A DNA stretch of 62,609 nt, counting the filler, from Stramenopiles sp. TOSAG23-2 (lineage: Eukaryota): assembly GCA_900128395.1 (NCBI GenBank). It is 2 parts of 2 records of this genome, joined end to end, with 100 filler letters (N's around TTAATTAATTAA, not from the genome) between each part and the next. Parts side by side here need not be neighbours in the genome. Positions count along the whole stretch, not along the records: positions 1 to 31,285 come from LT649373.1; positions 31,386 to 62,609 come from LT649374.1. One strand, written 5' to 3'. Shown here piece by piece: positions 22,836 to 33,187 of the stretch; within the stretch, counting starts at the first letter, position 1, and each line of letters begins with the position of its first letter. Below the pieces are notes generated by a model. It had not been told where the DNA came from and did not search any database. It saw only the letters and a list, made by a program, of their open reading frames with translations. The translations under genes were made by a program, and so were the position numbers.

Positions 22836-25800
22836 ATGGCGGATGTAAACCCGAATTCATGGCGATATACTTCGATATTATTATTGCCAGGTACACGTTG
22901 TTATGAACGGTTCACGGATGATACTATTGATAATACAAGAAAAGTCATTATTGACGGTATAGCTGGCTTAGGATTAACACCACGTGGAAAAAGTAGATTT
23001 CAATTAGTAACAGATGCATTTACCAATCCTGGTTCATTTGCAAGTAAAATTGCTAGTGATAAAAAATCAGGTTTGGAACGCAAGAAGCAAGAAGTTGCAG
23101 AATGGAAAGCAGAAGAAGCAGAAAAGAAAAAAAAAGCAGCAGAGAAAGAGAAAAAAAAAGCTAGAAAACGTGGAAAAGCAAAACCGGTTGAAAAGAAAAA
23201 AGAAATACCGGAGGAAGATAGGGAATTGGAAGAAGTCAAACGCGATCCTGCAGGCGTAAAAGCAGCTTTATCTCACATGGCAGACGATGATGGTGGTGGC
23301 GGCGGTGGCGGTGGCGGTACAAGTGGTAGCGAAAGTGATAATGATAGTAATAATAGTTTAAAAACGTTAGATTTGACGGAGCAAGAAGGTGCTGCGGATG
23401 TTATATATATTCTTGCCGGTGATGTTCCTCCAGCTGTAAGTGAAATGGAAAGTTTATTATCACATGGTGGTTTGGGGGGTAAACCAGGGATGGTAGATTC
23501 ATCGTTGCTACATATGATAGTTGAATTAAGTTCTTTTCGCCCTGTACGTGCTGGTCTATTTTCTCCCTCTCAGAAATTAAAAGAAGCAGCGAAAGAAAAT
23601 TTTAATAAATGGAAAGACATAGCATTTATAGATTTAAAAGTTGATACAACGACTGAAAAATTAAGAAGTGCAGCTGAGATAGCAAAAGATTTATTGCGGA
23701 TGGTAGCAGATACGGCTGTTGATCGCTATTTATATGATGAATGGTTAAAAGCCGCTACAATAATTAAAGTTATGAAAAAAAATGATGCAATTGTAAAAAA
23801 AAGTAAATTAGCAAATCAACATTATGATAATATAATACAAAATTTAAGAGAAGATTGCGGTGGTATATCATTAGCAGTTCATTGTATGGCAGAGGCAGTT
23901 GCTAGGGCAAATTGTGGAGATGAAAATGATACTTCCATTGAACGATGGAATGAATTTGATGCGTTTCATAAGAACAATTTACAACAACAACAACAAAATA
24001 GTAAAGATAAGGAGGGAAAAAAAGCAGAAAAGACTAGTGTTTCCAGTGTATTATTAGTAGTGGAAGATGGCGATACAACATTAAGAGACATTGCATCTGC
24101 ACCAGGGAAAAAAGTATTAGAAGAAAAGATTGGGTCTGAGAAAATTGTTGATATTGCAACACGTTTGGGCACTTTATTACGCGTACCAGGGGGTATGGGA
24201 CGAGCAGGCATGCCTCGCCGACCACAATATAGCGACGATCGCCGTGGAATGGATCGTACAGAGCTTTTAACGTTTACTTCTATTCCTACTGAAACTATCG
24301 AGCGTGTACAAAATATGGTTATGTTTGAAAACATGTTGAAAGAAATTGATCCAGTTAATACGAAAGTTTGGATTGATAGTGGTGCTTTTTATAAACGAAA
24401 TTTTAGGGAAAGAATATTACCACAAACCATTTCTCAAATAGTGGGAGATGCAACAACCAAAGCAAGAAGAGAAGATGTTGTCACGAAATATGATCCAGCA
24501 ATGGATAGGCTGTTAGTAGCCGTACACACACCGACTGCACCTGGCCGTTCACGCCAAGAGAAATTTGATACGCAAAGTAGTGGTTGCTGCTCAGTAAAAC
24601 CAGGCTTTCGACGCTGGGTAGATTCAAGAAAAGCAAGTTTAGAACAAAAGATGGCACGCGCGCAAAAGAAATATGCTGAATTAGAAGATAAATTCCGCAC
24701 TGGTGATATGACAGAAAAACAAGTGAAACGACAACAACAAAAAATAGCAGCAAAAACTGCACGTACGGTAGCATTGACTGCACCTATACTTTACGACATG
24801 GAACAAGCATTGATTGAATTAGTTGAAGATGAAACGACATCTTTGTTCCCAGCTGATAATGGGATGATTAGGATCTATAAATATAAAACAAAGAAAGGCG
24901 ATGGATACAAGGTATGGCCAACTGTGGAAAAAGATTCAACACAATTTGGATTGCGTGCAATTGAAAATGTTGAAATTGCACATAATGGAGCTACATTGAA
25001 AAAGCCAAGTAAAGGTGATGATGGCAAGGATAAAGAGGATATAAAACAATTTAAATCGTTATTTGTTGCCAATTTTTTAGACGGTTCAAGAGCAGTTGTT
25101 GATCAAGGACGACATTTCCCATTAAAACCAGATGGAAATGGCACGGTGCGTGTGACAATTACAGGCAAGCAAGGTCTAGCAGTTGAAATCGGAACGGATG
25201 GTAGTGTATGTCAACGATATGTATCAAATTCTATTCGTCGTCCAAAGGCAGCATTTAATGAGGTGTGCAGATCCATTATACCTGGTGGCATCGTAGTTCG
25301 ATATCTAAAAGATGGTGCAGTACAAATTTTATATCCAAATGGAGCAACATCCTATTATCATAAAGAAGGAGAATATCAAGGTAAGTGGGAAGTTATAGTC
25401 CCTAATGGATACCGCTTCTTACGTGATCCTATAAAAGTTGCGAAAGCAAAGAAGAAAGAGATGGAAGCTGGTGATGATTTCAAACCACAATCCAAATTGA
25501 GTAAAGCATATATTGATAAAGCCAGAGAATTGTTGGAGGAACTTCCACGTATCTCGATTAAATCGTTTACCGATCCAATCTCATTGGCAAAAATTGTACA
25601 AAGGGAGGATGGCGTAACTATGATCACGTATAGAGATGGCAGTTTATTAACGACACATGCAGACAAAACTGTTATATTGAGACAAGAAGGCAGTGGTGGT
25701 GAGGAAGATGCTGGATTCGTCACCATATCCGCACCTGGATTTACAAAAGTTGAATTAGATATTGATGTGGATGAAAATGCCTCTAGACATGCAAATGGTT

Positions 25801-28193
25801 TGCGAATAGCATTGTCAAAAGGTGGTATGCAAAAACGTGTTGGTTGTGTATTAGCAGATGGAACTATCATTGAAGCTATGTACAATACGAAATTTACGGC
25901 AACTGTGAATGGATCCTTAGAAGTTTCAAAGCCTGATGGTACAAAAATCATTGCAACTGATGATGGTAAAGTTGAATTTAGGCCTGCATCATTAGCGCCA
26001 GCAGATGGTGGAGCAGCAATGGAAGCTAGGAAATTTGCTCCTGATGGTAGTAAAGTCCTATCAGAAGCATTGTCTGAACCAGATACCACTAGTGGTGCAT
26101 ATTTTGCAGATTGTTACACAGGTATATTAACGACTAGCGATCAAGAAAATAACATTTTTACTATTAACTTAGATGGTACATATGATTTAGACTTAGCAGG
26201 GGAGGATGTTGAAGATGTTACTACGCCAGCTATTGTAAATCAACCAATTGAACCACGTTTGTTCGTATTGGACGGGGATGGATATGGATACGAATATTTA
26301 AGGCCATCCGATGTTGATGAATACTTGCGAAAGATTGAATTGGATTGCACTGGTACTATTTCACGTTTAAATCCATCTGTTGCGATTGAAAAAGGTTTTA
26401 GCCGGGAAAAGAAAGGTACAGAAGCGCCATCCTCCAGCACCGTACATACGTATATGTACGATGTTCTCAAACGTTCCGTTGAACTATCAAAACCAAATTG
26501 TATGGATCGACCACCAAGTCCTGATAAACCGCATGTAATTAAGCAAGATCCAAAAGCAAGTTTGCGAGATCGTGAAGTTATTGTTGTTAGGAATTTAGAA
26601 GAAATGAAGCCGCTAGAAATTGAATTACGCGATGCCGTACTAAATGCGGAGCGAGATTGTGCTCAATGGAGAGATGATCGCGAGGCAAACCAAAATCGCT
26701 TTGCAGTAGATGATACCAGAGAAAAAAATGCTATTGATGCGGAAAAAGATATGGCTACTATGATTTTAAAATTAAGAGAAAAGCCTGAGGATAAAGTGAA
26801 AAAAAAGAAGAAAAGCAGAAGTAGAAGAAAACGAAGAAGTAGCGGTGGCTCCTCAATGAGCCAAGTTGGTGATAGTCAATCAAATATTTTGAATAGTAAT
26901 AGCTCAGTTAATGTACAGCAACAGCAAGGCAAGGTTTCGCCGAATAGTGAAATGAACACTTCACAAATTCTTGAAGGAAAAGGCAGCGAGGAGGAAAAAA
27001 TGGATGGTAATATCTTAGATGGCGGTGGTTCCTCTGTTATCAATGAAGAGGAAGTGAACGAGTCGATGACAAGGAGCAAACGTATTGCAAATAAAGATAC
27101 AGATCCAACAAGAGATACCGGCGGTTTTTGGAAAAGCATGGAAGGCGTACAGGCGTCACAAAGTATTAGTAAAACTTTCAATGAAAGTTTAACTTTTGGT
27201 GATGATGAAGGGGACGAAGAAGACGATGAAGATTTAGAATCCTGGCAATTGAAACAATCAACTATGCATGGAACACGCCCAAATGTATTAGCAACAGCAG
27301 AGAAGGAATTGCAAAATGGAGCGGAGATTATACCAAGGAACAAACAAATTGATGTAACGAATAAGATTCCAGTGCCGGATGAAGATATTATTCCAAAAGT
27401 ATCGTTAAAACCTTTACGCAGTAACCAAACACAAGCAGCAAAAAATCCAGTAGGAAGTGCAAGCCAAGTTGCTAAAACAAGACAAATGCAAAAAAACCAA
27501 CAACAAGAAGAAGAGTATTTGCAAGAAGATTTTCAACGATTGCAAAATTTAGGAGAAGAGATGGCGCGTGAAATTGCGGAGAGTAAAATGATGATGGATG
27601 GTGGTAGTAAAGAAGATAGCAATTCTAATTTAGTGCGCTTAAATCGTTACACGGCTGAAGATACACCGGTCAGACGTAAAATCAAAACATCATCTTCCGT
27701 TTTTCAAGACAAAGTTGTACGCAGTCGTGGTAGTGGTGGACCAAGTGGATATTTACCCGCGGAAGTCATGCAAAATGCTGCAAAATTTGTAGTCACACCA
27801 TCCAACATTAATATGGGGAGATTGTGTGAAGGTTGTCGTTATAAAATTGTCGCATCAGTTAAAAATACGGGTAGTGATACAAGTCGTTTTCGATTAACTC
27901 GTAGAAATCAAAAAAATAGAGGTGATAATAGCAAATTTGATGGAGGTGCTGATAGTACAATTCATCAATTGCGTGTTGTTTATCGTGCTGGTCCATTAGC
28001 TGCTGGTATGCATGCAAGATTGGAGCTAGAGATTAAGGCAAAAGGTGTAGGTGTTGTTGAAGATCATTTTGAAATTGTTACGGAACATCAAATTTTAAAG
28101 ATTCCAGTCACATGTGAAATTGTAACACCTCTTGCACACGATCCAAGGCATGTTTCCTCTGGGGTAAAGCATGTTGGGTATATTGATAAATAA
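22836..28193 (+). CDS. SPAG17: Flagellar central-pair protein SPAG17/PF6-like
   Basis: 1785 aa. Beta-hairpin repeats 'DGAVQILYPNG' and 'DPISLAKIVQREDG..ITYRDGS...HADKTVI', plus a C-terminal PapD/ASH-like domain 'P..INMGRLCEG.RY...VKNTG...RFRL...GPLAAGM...LELEI'. Confidence 0.8.
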   Translation: MADVNPNSWRYTSILLLPGTRCYERFTDDTIDNTRKVIIDGIAGLGLTPRGKSRFQLVTDAFTNPGSFASKIASDKKSGLERKKQEVAEWKAEEAEKKKKAAEKEKKKARKRGKAKPVEKKKEIPEEDRELEEVKRDPAGVKAALSHMADDDGGGGGGGGGTSGSESDNDSNNSLKTLDLTEQEGAADVIYILAGDVPPAVSEMESLLSHGGLGGKPGMVDSSLLHMIVELSSFRPVRAGLFSPSQKLKEAAKENFNKWKDIAFIDLKVDTTTEKLRSAAEIAKDLLRMVADTAVDRYLYDEWLKAATIIKVMKKNDAIVKKSKLANQHYDNIIQNLREDCGGISLAVHCMAEAVARANCGDENDTSIERWNEFDAFHKNNLQQQQQNSKDKEGKKAEKTSVSSVLLVVEDGDTTLRDIASAPGKKVLEEKIGSEKIVDIATRLGTLLRVPGGMGRAGMPRRPQYSDDRRGMDRTELLTFTSIPTETIERVQNMVMFENMLKEIDPVNTKVWIDSGAFYKRNFRERILPQTISQIVGDATTKARREDVVTKYDPAMDRLLVAVHTPTAPGRSRQEKFDTQSSGCCSVKPGFRRWVDSRKASLEQKMARAQKKYAELEDKFRTGDMTEKQVKRQQQKIAAKTARTVALTAPILYDMEQALIELVEDETTSLFPADNGMIRIYKYKTKKGDGYKVWPTVEKDSTQFGLRAIENVEIAHNGATLKKPSKGDDGKDKEDIKQFKSLFVANFLDGSRAVVDQGRHFPLKPDGNGTVRVTITGKQGLAVEIGTDGSVCQRYVSNSIRRPKAAFNEVCRSIIPGGIVVRYLKDGAVQILYPNGATSYYHKEGEYQGKWEVIVPNGYRFLRDPIKVAKAKKKEMEAGDDFKPQSKLSKAYIDKARELLEELPRISIKSFTDPISLAKIVQREDGVTMITYRDGSLLTTHADKTVILRQEGSGGEEDAGFVTISAPGFTKVELDIDVDENASRHANGLRIALSKGGMQKRVGCVLADGTIIEAMYNTKFTATVNGSLEVSKPDGTKIIATDDGKVEFRPASLAPADGGAAMEARKFAPDGSKVLSEALSEPDTTSGAYFADCYTGILTTSDQENNIFTINLDGTYDLDLAGEDVEDVTTPAIVNQPIEPRLFVLDGDGYGYEYLRPSDVDEYLRKIELDCTGTISRLNPSVAIEKGFSREKKGTEAPSSSTVHTYMYDVLKRSVELSKPNCMDRPPSPDKPHVIKQDPKASLRDREVIVVRNLEEMKPLEIELRDAVLNAERDCAQWRDDREANQNRFAVDDTREKNAIDAEKDMATMILKLREKPEDKVKKKKKSRSRRKRRSSGGSSMSQVGDSQSNILNSNSSVNVQQQQGKVSPNSEMNTSQILEGKGSEEEKMDGNILDGGGSSVINEEEVNESMTRSKRIANKDTDPTRDTGGFWKSMEGVQASQSISKTFNESLTFGDDEGDEEDDEDLESWQLKQSTMHGTRPNVLATAEKELQNGAEIIPRNKQIDVTNKIPVPDEDIIPKVSLKPLRSNQTQAAKNPVGSASQVAKTRQMQKNQQQEEEYLQEDFQRLQNLGEEMAREIAESKMMMDGGSKEDSNSNLVRLNRYTAEDTPVRRKIKTSSSVFQDKVVRSRGSGGPSGYLPAEVMQNAAKFVVTPSNINMGRLCEGCRYKIVASVKNTGSDTSRFRLTRRNQKNRGDNSKFDGGADSTIHQLRVVYRAGPLAAGMHARLELEIKAKGVGVVEDHFEIVTEHQILKIPVTCEIVTPLAHDPRHVSSGVKHVGYIDK

Positions 28194-28359
28194 TGTCGTC
28201 TGTGAGATATGATATGATTTTAGACTATGTCATACGAGTATATTGTGTGTGTGTGTGCGTGATCAAAAAGAGAGAAACGAGTATTAAATTCGAAAAGCGT
28301 ACGAATCGTACGAGTATAATTATATTAATACATCTTTTATCATATTTTTTTACCAAAGT

Positions 28360-30936
28360 CTATCTACGTCTTTTTGTACCACCATTGCTATAATCTGAAA
28401 TGTTGGACGAACGTTTCTTTGAATTGAGACTAATTTGTTGACGTGGATGTGGACGCGGGTTTGTACTTGTAGTAGTTGTGGTTGTTGTTGTGGTTGTTGT
28501 TGGCATCATCATCATCATATTTTGATCATTATTTGCACCAGATGAATTTTCATTTCTTGAAGTCGATGCTTCTTTTTTTATATCCTTATTTCGTCTTCCC
28601 ATTTTTTTTTCGGCGTATCTATACACACGCTCACTTAAACCAACATCAAAGTCTGCACTCCAATATGGCGTTCCTTCATTTGTACGCTTGCTTCGACCGT
28701 ATCCTTCGTTAGCCCAGTATTCGCTCCAAAAGACCTCATAAGATATGCCTGCACCTTTTTGGGCATTGCTAAGTATTTCACAATCAGGGCAATAACATTT
28801 TTCTCCATTTTCCCTTGTTTCATCACGTACTGTTTGCTTCTGTGGATCTTTTACTAACATATTTTCATGGGTAAAAATATCATTTATCATCCATTCGTCT
28901 TCGTTATCTACAACATCATCTTCATCTGTTTCCCCTTCCAATATTACCAATTTTTGATTGATATTTGTTGCATCCGTAACTGCACCAGCAGCAGTTATAA
29001 TTGATTTTCCAATAGCAGTAGCCAATGCAACAGGAACACAGTTATTAACTGATTTGAATTGACGATCTAATTTTCCAAAAACAACAACATAATCTGGTAA
29101 ACATTGCAATCGCATATGCTCCCTAACTGTCAACAGACGTTTTTGGTGATTGGTGTCATAATGACGCATTTTCGTTCCCCCATAACAACAATTACTACAA
29201 TTATATCTTGTGAGCTGAATCTGCGAATGATCGTTTGCAGGACCCTTGATAATCCTATTATAGGTGTAGTGATTTGCAACAATAGGGATTTTGCTTTTCT
29301 GATCTTTACTACGTGTATCTTTGGTGTAATTACCATCAGTTTGTTCCCTATATTCATATACATGGTCAGAGCGCATTTCTTTTTGAAAATTTGATTGTAA
29401 ATTATTAAAATCGATTCTATATTTTTTCCATAAATCTTTTGAACCACCATCGCATTTGTTTTTGTCTTCATTAGTCCCACGTATACGTCGTAAATCTGAC
29501 AAAGCATCTTCACAACTTATGCGATTGGATCCCATCGTCGTTTTTATTGGGCATTGTGCTAAAGTGTAACCAAACTTTGCAGCAATAACAATATACCTTT
29601 TGCGATTTTGTGGCGCTCCATAATCCGCAGCATTCATCTGCATGGCCATAATTTGATAATTCATATCGAATAATCTTTGTAATAGTTGTTGTACAACACC
29701 TAAATCACCAAATGTAGCTGCATCAGAGTTGACACGGCTACTAACTCCAGCAACATTTTCTACAACCACAAAAGGAGGTGATAAGCATTTTACATAACCG
29801 GGCACAGTTTTAAAATAATGTTTTTGTGCCTCTGATCGATTGTCTGAAGAAGAGCTATTTTCCTGTTGATTATGTTGCAACCTTGCCTGATTAATGGCAT
29901 TCCCACCTGAATATTCTTTACATGGTGGTGATGAGTGTAAAACATCGAATGAATCCATCTTAAATGTTACCTTTTCATCACCTTGTATCAAAAATTCATC
30001 TGTATGTTCACGTAGTTTTTCATCTAACGATGCTAAATACACTTGATGTTGCTTTATTACTGTAACTTCATTCTTACCAGCTTCCTTTGCTGTTTGCATC
30101 TCTTTCAATATATCCATTGCATCTCTGTTTAAGACAGTTGAACACTCACAATTAACACTTTCATATGTTGCAGTTGCATATTTGCACCACTCAACACAAA
30201 GTTTTGCCCTTATACCTGCTTTATCTAAACCTAATGCGTTTCCCCCAATTCCCCCAAACAAATCAAAACTTGAAAGAATCTTTTTAGTAAATTTTTTGTC
30301 ATCGTATGACACTGATTTGATAATTTCAATTCTGTAAATTTCATCCCCATTACCATTAATGGTAGTCTTACCGGGAGAAAGATCATGTTTACTGTAATGA
30401 AGACAATTTATAATGAAGTTATATTCATCCTCATTTACATCATTAGCAGTCAATTCACATGTTGGATCACCATCCAATACTAATCCCTTCAATCTTTTTG
30501 TATGACAATGGTCTTCTTTCCTTGTTGTCTTTTCCGGATTGAGGAAAAATTGCTTAATACCAGCAATATCCTTTATTGCTTTTGACAGAGCAGAAGATTC
30601 CCCATCAAACATTTCACAATATTTGTTTTTATAATAGGCAAACATTTTAAGGAAATCTCTTCCTTTTTCTAGAACTTGAAACCCTTCTATGAATTTGTAT
30701 TGCTTGACATATTGCACATGTTGTGGAGGAGGTACGTATGATCCCATTTCCTCTGGGTCCTCTGGGTTCATAATACCATCTTCATCTTCTTCTGAAGTTT
30801 CACTATCAACATTATCATTATTGACGGAAGTTGCTGTTGTTGTAGTTGTTGTAGTTGTAGTGGTAGTAGTAGCAGCAGCATTTGTTGTTGTTGCTATATC
30901 TTCTACATATGGTGTATCATCATCATCAAAATCCAT
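28360..30936 (-). CDS. DNA (cytosine-5)-methyltransferase with low-complexity termini and a possible C-terminal chromodomain-like region
   Basis: Motif I 'FDLFGGIGG', IV 'SPPCKEYS', VI 'VENVAG', VIII 'YGAPQNRKR', IX 'RLLTVRE.MRLQ..PD', X 'VNNCVPVALA.AIG'. ATG at 30936; C-terminal basic NLS-like 'TKRRR'. Confidence 0.88.
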   Translation of the reverse strand: MDFDDDDTPYVEDIATTTNAAATTTTTTTTTTTTATSVNNDNVDSETSEEDEDGIMNPEDPEEMGSYVPPPQHVQYVKQYKFIEGFQVLEKGRDFLKMFAYYKNKYCEMFDGESSALSKAIKDIAGIKQFFLNPEKTTRKEDHCHTKRLKGLVLDGDPTCELTANDVNEDEYNFIINCLHYSKHDLSPGKTTINGNGDEIYRIEIIKSVSYDDKKFTKKILSSFDLFGGIGGNALGLDKAGIRAKLCVEWCKYATATYESVNCECSTVLNRDAMDILKEMQTAKEAGKNEVTVIKQHQVYLASLDEKLREHTDEFLIQGDEKVTFKMDSFDVLHSSPPCKEYSGGNAINQARLQHNQQENSSSSDNRSEAQKHYFKTVPGYVKCLSPPFVVVENVAGVSSRVNSDAATFGDLGVVQQLLQRLFDMNYQIMAMQMNAADYGAPQNRKRYIVIAAKFGYTLAQCPIKTTMGSNRISCEDALSDLRRIRGTNEDKNKCDGGSKDLWKKYRIDFNNLQSNFQKEMRSDHVYEYREQTDGNYTKDTRSKDQKSKIPIVANHYTYNRIIKGPANDHSQIQLTRYNCSNCCYGGTKMRHYDTNHQKRLLTVREHMRLQCLPDYVVVFGKLDRQFKSVNNCVPVALATAIGKSIITAAGAVTDATNINQKLVILEGETDEDDVVDNEDEWMINDIFTHENMLVKDPQKQTVRDETRENGEKCYCPDCEILSNAQKGAGISYEVFWSEYWANEGYGRSKRTNEGTPYWSADFDVGLSERVYRYAEKKMGRRNKDIKKEASTSRNENSSGANNDQNMMMMMPTTTTTTTTTTTSTNPRPHPRQQISLNSKKRSSNISDYSNGGTKRRR

Positions 30937-31285
30937 GATTATATATATATATATATAAAGAGATAAATATGATAGATCTATATCTGTTTTCCCGTTTCTT
31001 TGCTTCTGCATTTTCTTTTTTTCTTACTTGATATCTATTTATTCTTGACTTCGACTTCTTCTTCACTTTGCAAAAAATTAATACCAGGTATTCTCTCCTC
31101 ACCGGTATGCTATTTGCCTCCTATCGCAATGCTATTACCCTATAAACCGTGTCAAAAGTCGGATATACTCTGCAATTCCTTAAATTACTGGCAACTGGCA
31201 CCTATTATTTTTTCATCATTTTTTTATTCCATCTTCTGTTCACACAAGAAAATGTAAGATAATAGTAAGATAGTGCTAGAGGGGT

Positions 31286-31385
31286 NNNNNNNNNNNNNNN
31301 NNNNNNNNNNNNNNNNNNNNNNNNNNNNNTTAATTAATTAANNNNNNNNNNNNNNNNNNNNNNNNNNNNNNNNNNNNNNNNNNNN
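31286..31385. other. Synthetic scaffold linker N44-TTAATTAATTAA-N44
   Basis: Exactly 100 nt; the palindromic 12-mer puts stop codons in all six frames. Confidence 0.9.
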
Positions 31386-32056
31386 AATAAAACTTTTTTT
31401 TCCCACTCTTTATTGGAGGTTGACTTCTTTTCTATCATTTCTACTGCATCCTCAGCCTGCTGCAACATACCATCTGTAGTTACATATTCTTTTTTTAATT
31501 CTGTCAAGACTTTGGATGTAGTCATACCTTTCATATTTGCTATTTTTGCCTCAGCTTTAATTAAAAGGTCTGTTTTATGTTTCCTTTCCGCAACTTTTTT
31601 ACTGTAAATCTTTTCCTTAATTTGCCTTCTTCTATTTTGTTCCTTTAAATATGCTTTATATTTACGACAGTCATCACCCTCTTCACCTTTTTCACATACA
31701 GTGTCTTTTGTAACAGGTTTGGTAGGTTTGACCTGTGGTTTTGGCAAATCACCAAAAACATCGTTCATCTTATCGAAGTGATTTAAAGTTCTATTTCCAC
31801 ACTCTTCTTTCACACGACCGTCGTAGAACTTTTCTACATTTCTGAATTCTTTGATGATCTTTGTCTGTATGCTATCTAAAACTTCACGAAGTCCATCTTC
31901 AGTATATGCAAGGGGTCCGTGTATTGAATATTTTGTAAGCAACGGCGTTAACATTTGCTGAATGACTTTTTGGTCCATTTTTGCTTCTTTAACGTCTACA
32001 GTTGTTCCTTGAACAAAAAGAACAAGACATGCTAATGTTGCTAAAATCAATTTCAT
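31386..32056 (-). CDS. Secreted coiled-coil hypothetical protein, 5' part (3' end lies inverted at 32716-32865)
   Basis: Signal peptide 'MKLILATLACLVLFVQG'; the ORF runs into the linker. Confidence 0.75.
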
Positions 32057-32715
32057 ATTGAATAATATATCTTTAAAAGAACTGCTAAACTCTTAAAAAG
32101 GAAGAAATCACTTTAATATATGTATATTTATCATATATAAAGAATAAACGAACAACAGTTCGTTTAACATATATATATATATGAGGTGTATATATAAACA
32201 ATAATCCAATAAATGTGAAGTATTTAAAGGTTTCTTTGGTATTAGTAAGACTTGTAGTATTCGTATTAAATGAAAGTACCTATTATAAAAATTAATATTG
32301 CCATAGCATTGGACGAATCCCCCCCACTTTTCAAGTAAAACAAATTGCAACTTTGATGGCACGCAAAAAAAGAATGAAAAAAAAGGCTGTAGGCTGGTGG
32401 TATAGGCGACTCATACTTGGAGTGTATAAAAAATAATATATAGATAAATATAGAGGGTACAGCATCATTTCACTTATAGTTTATAGTACCTGGTAATTGG
32501 TAATAGTATTTTTGGAATTTGGAATAATAATGACTATGCCCTCTCCTATCATCATCAGCTCTACTACTGTGTATAAAACCCAGTAATAATCTAAATCTTA
32601 AATCACACAGCACCACACAGCAGGGGAATAATAAATAGTTATAGTACTTAATTTTTTTTTGCGGAATATTAAAATATTGTAATACCGTATTTACTATAAC
32701 AAATATAAAGTAAAA

Positions 32716-32865
32716 ATGATAGAAAAGAAGTCAACCTCCAATAAAGAGTGGGAAAAAAAAGTTTTATTACAGGAAGTTTTAAGCTATTCCAAAGTTTTAG
32801 GATCAATGAATAGTTTGGCCTCTCTCCTAGATACTTTAGATCCAAGAACGAAAGTAAATCTGTAG
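32716..32865 (+). CDS. Displaced 3' end of the 31386-32056 gene
   Basis: Reads MIEKKSTSNKEWEKKVLLQEVLSYSKVLGSMNSLASLLDTLDPRTKVNL*. 32714-32768 is the reverse complement of 31386-31440. Confidence 0.8.
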   Translation: MIEKKSTSNKEWEKKVLLQEVLSYSKVLGSMNSLASLLDTLDPRTKVNL

Positions 32866-33187
32866 GAAGGCTAAATACGATCGATAAAAACGTGATATAT
32901 ATTTGATTACTAAATCTATAATTTACTATTTTCGTAGATTGTATATATATGAAAAAGTAGAAAGAAGTCGTATGAGTTCTTTATTAAAACTTAATCGTTA
33001 CAATGTGTATAGTTGTTTTTCTTTTGTAATAATCCGTGTATTTTTAACTCTCTTCTCTCTCTCTCTATATATATATATATGTACACACATATAATGTACA
33101 TAGTATCCACAAAGTTCTTTGTTTTTGTTTATCATACTTTTTTCACGAGCGAGAACTAATATTTACATGCGGCGGATATTGTAATAT

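Noticed and set aside
31330-31341. Perfect palindrome TTAATTAATTAA
   Set aside because: Centred between two 44-N runs: an artificial spacer.
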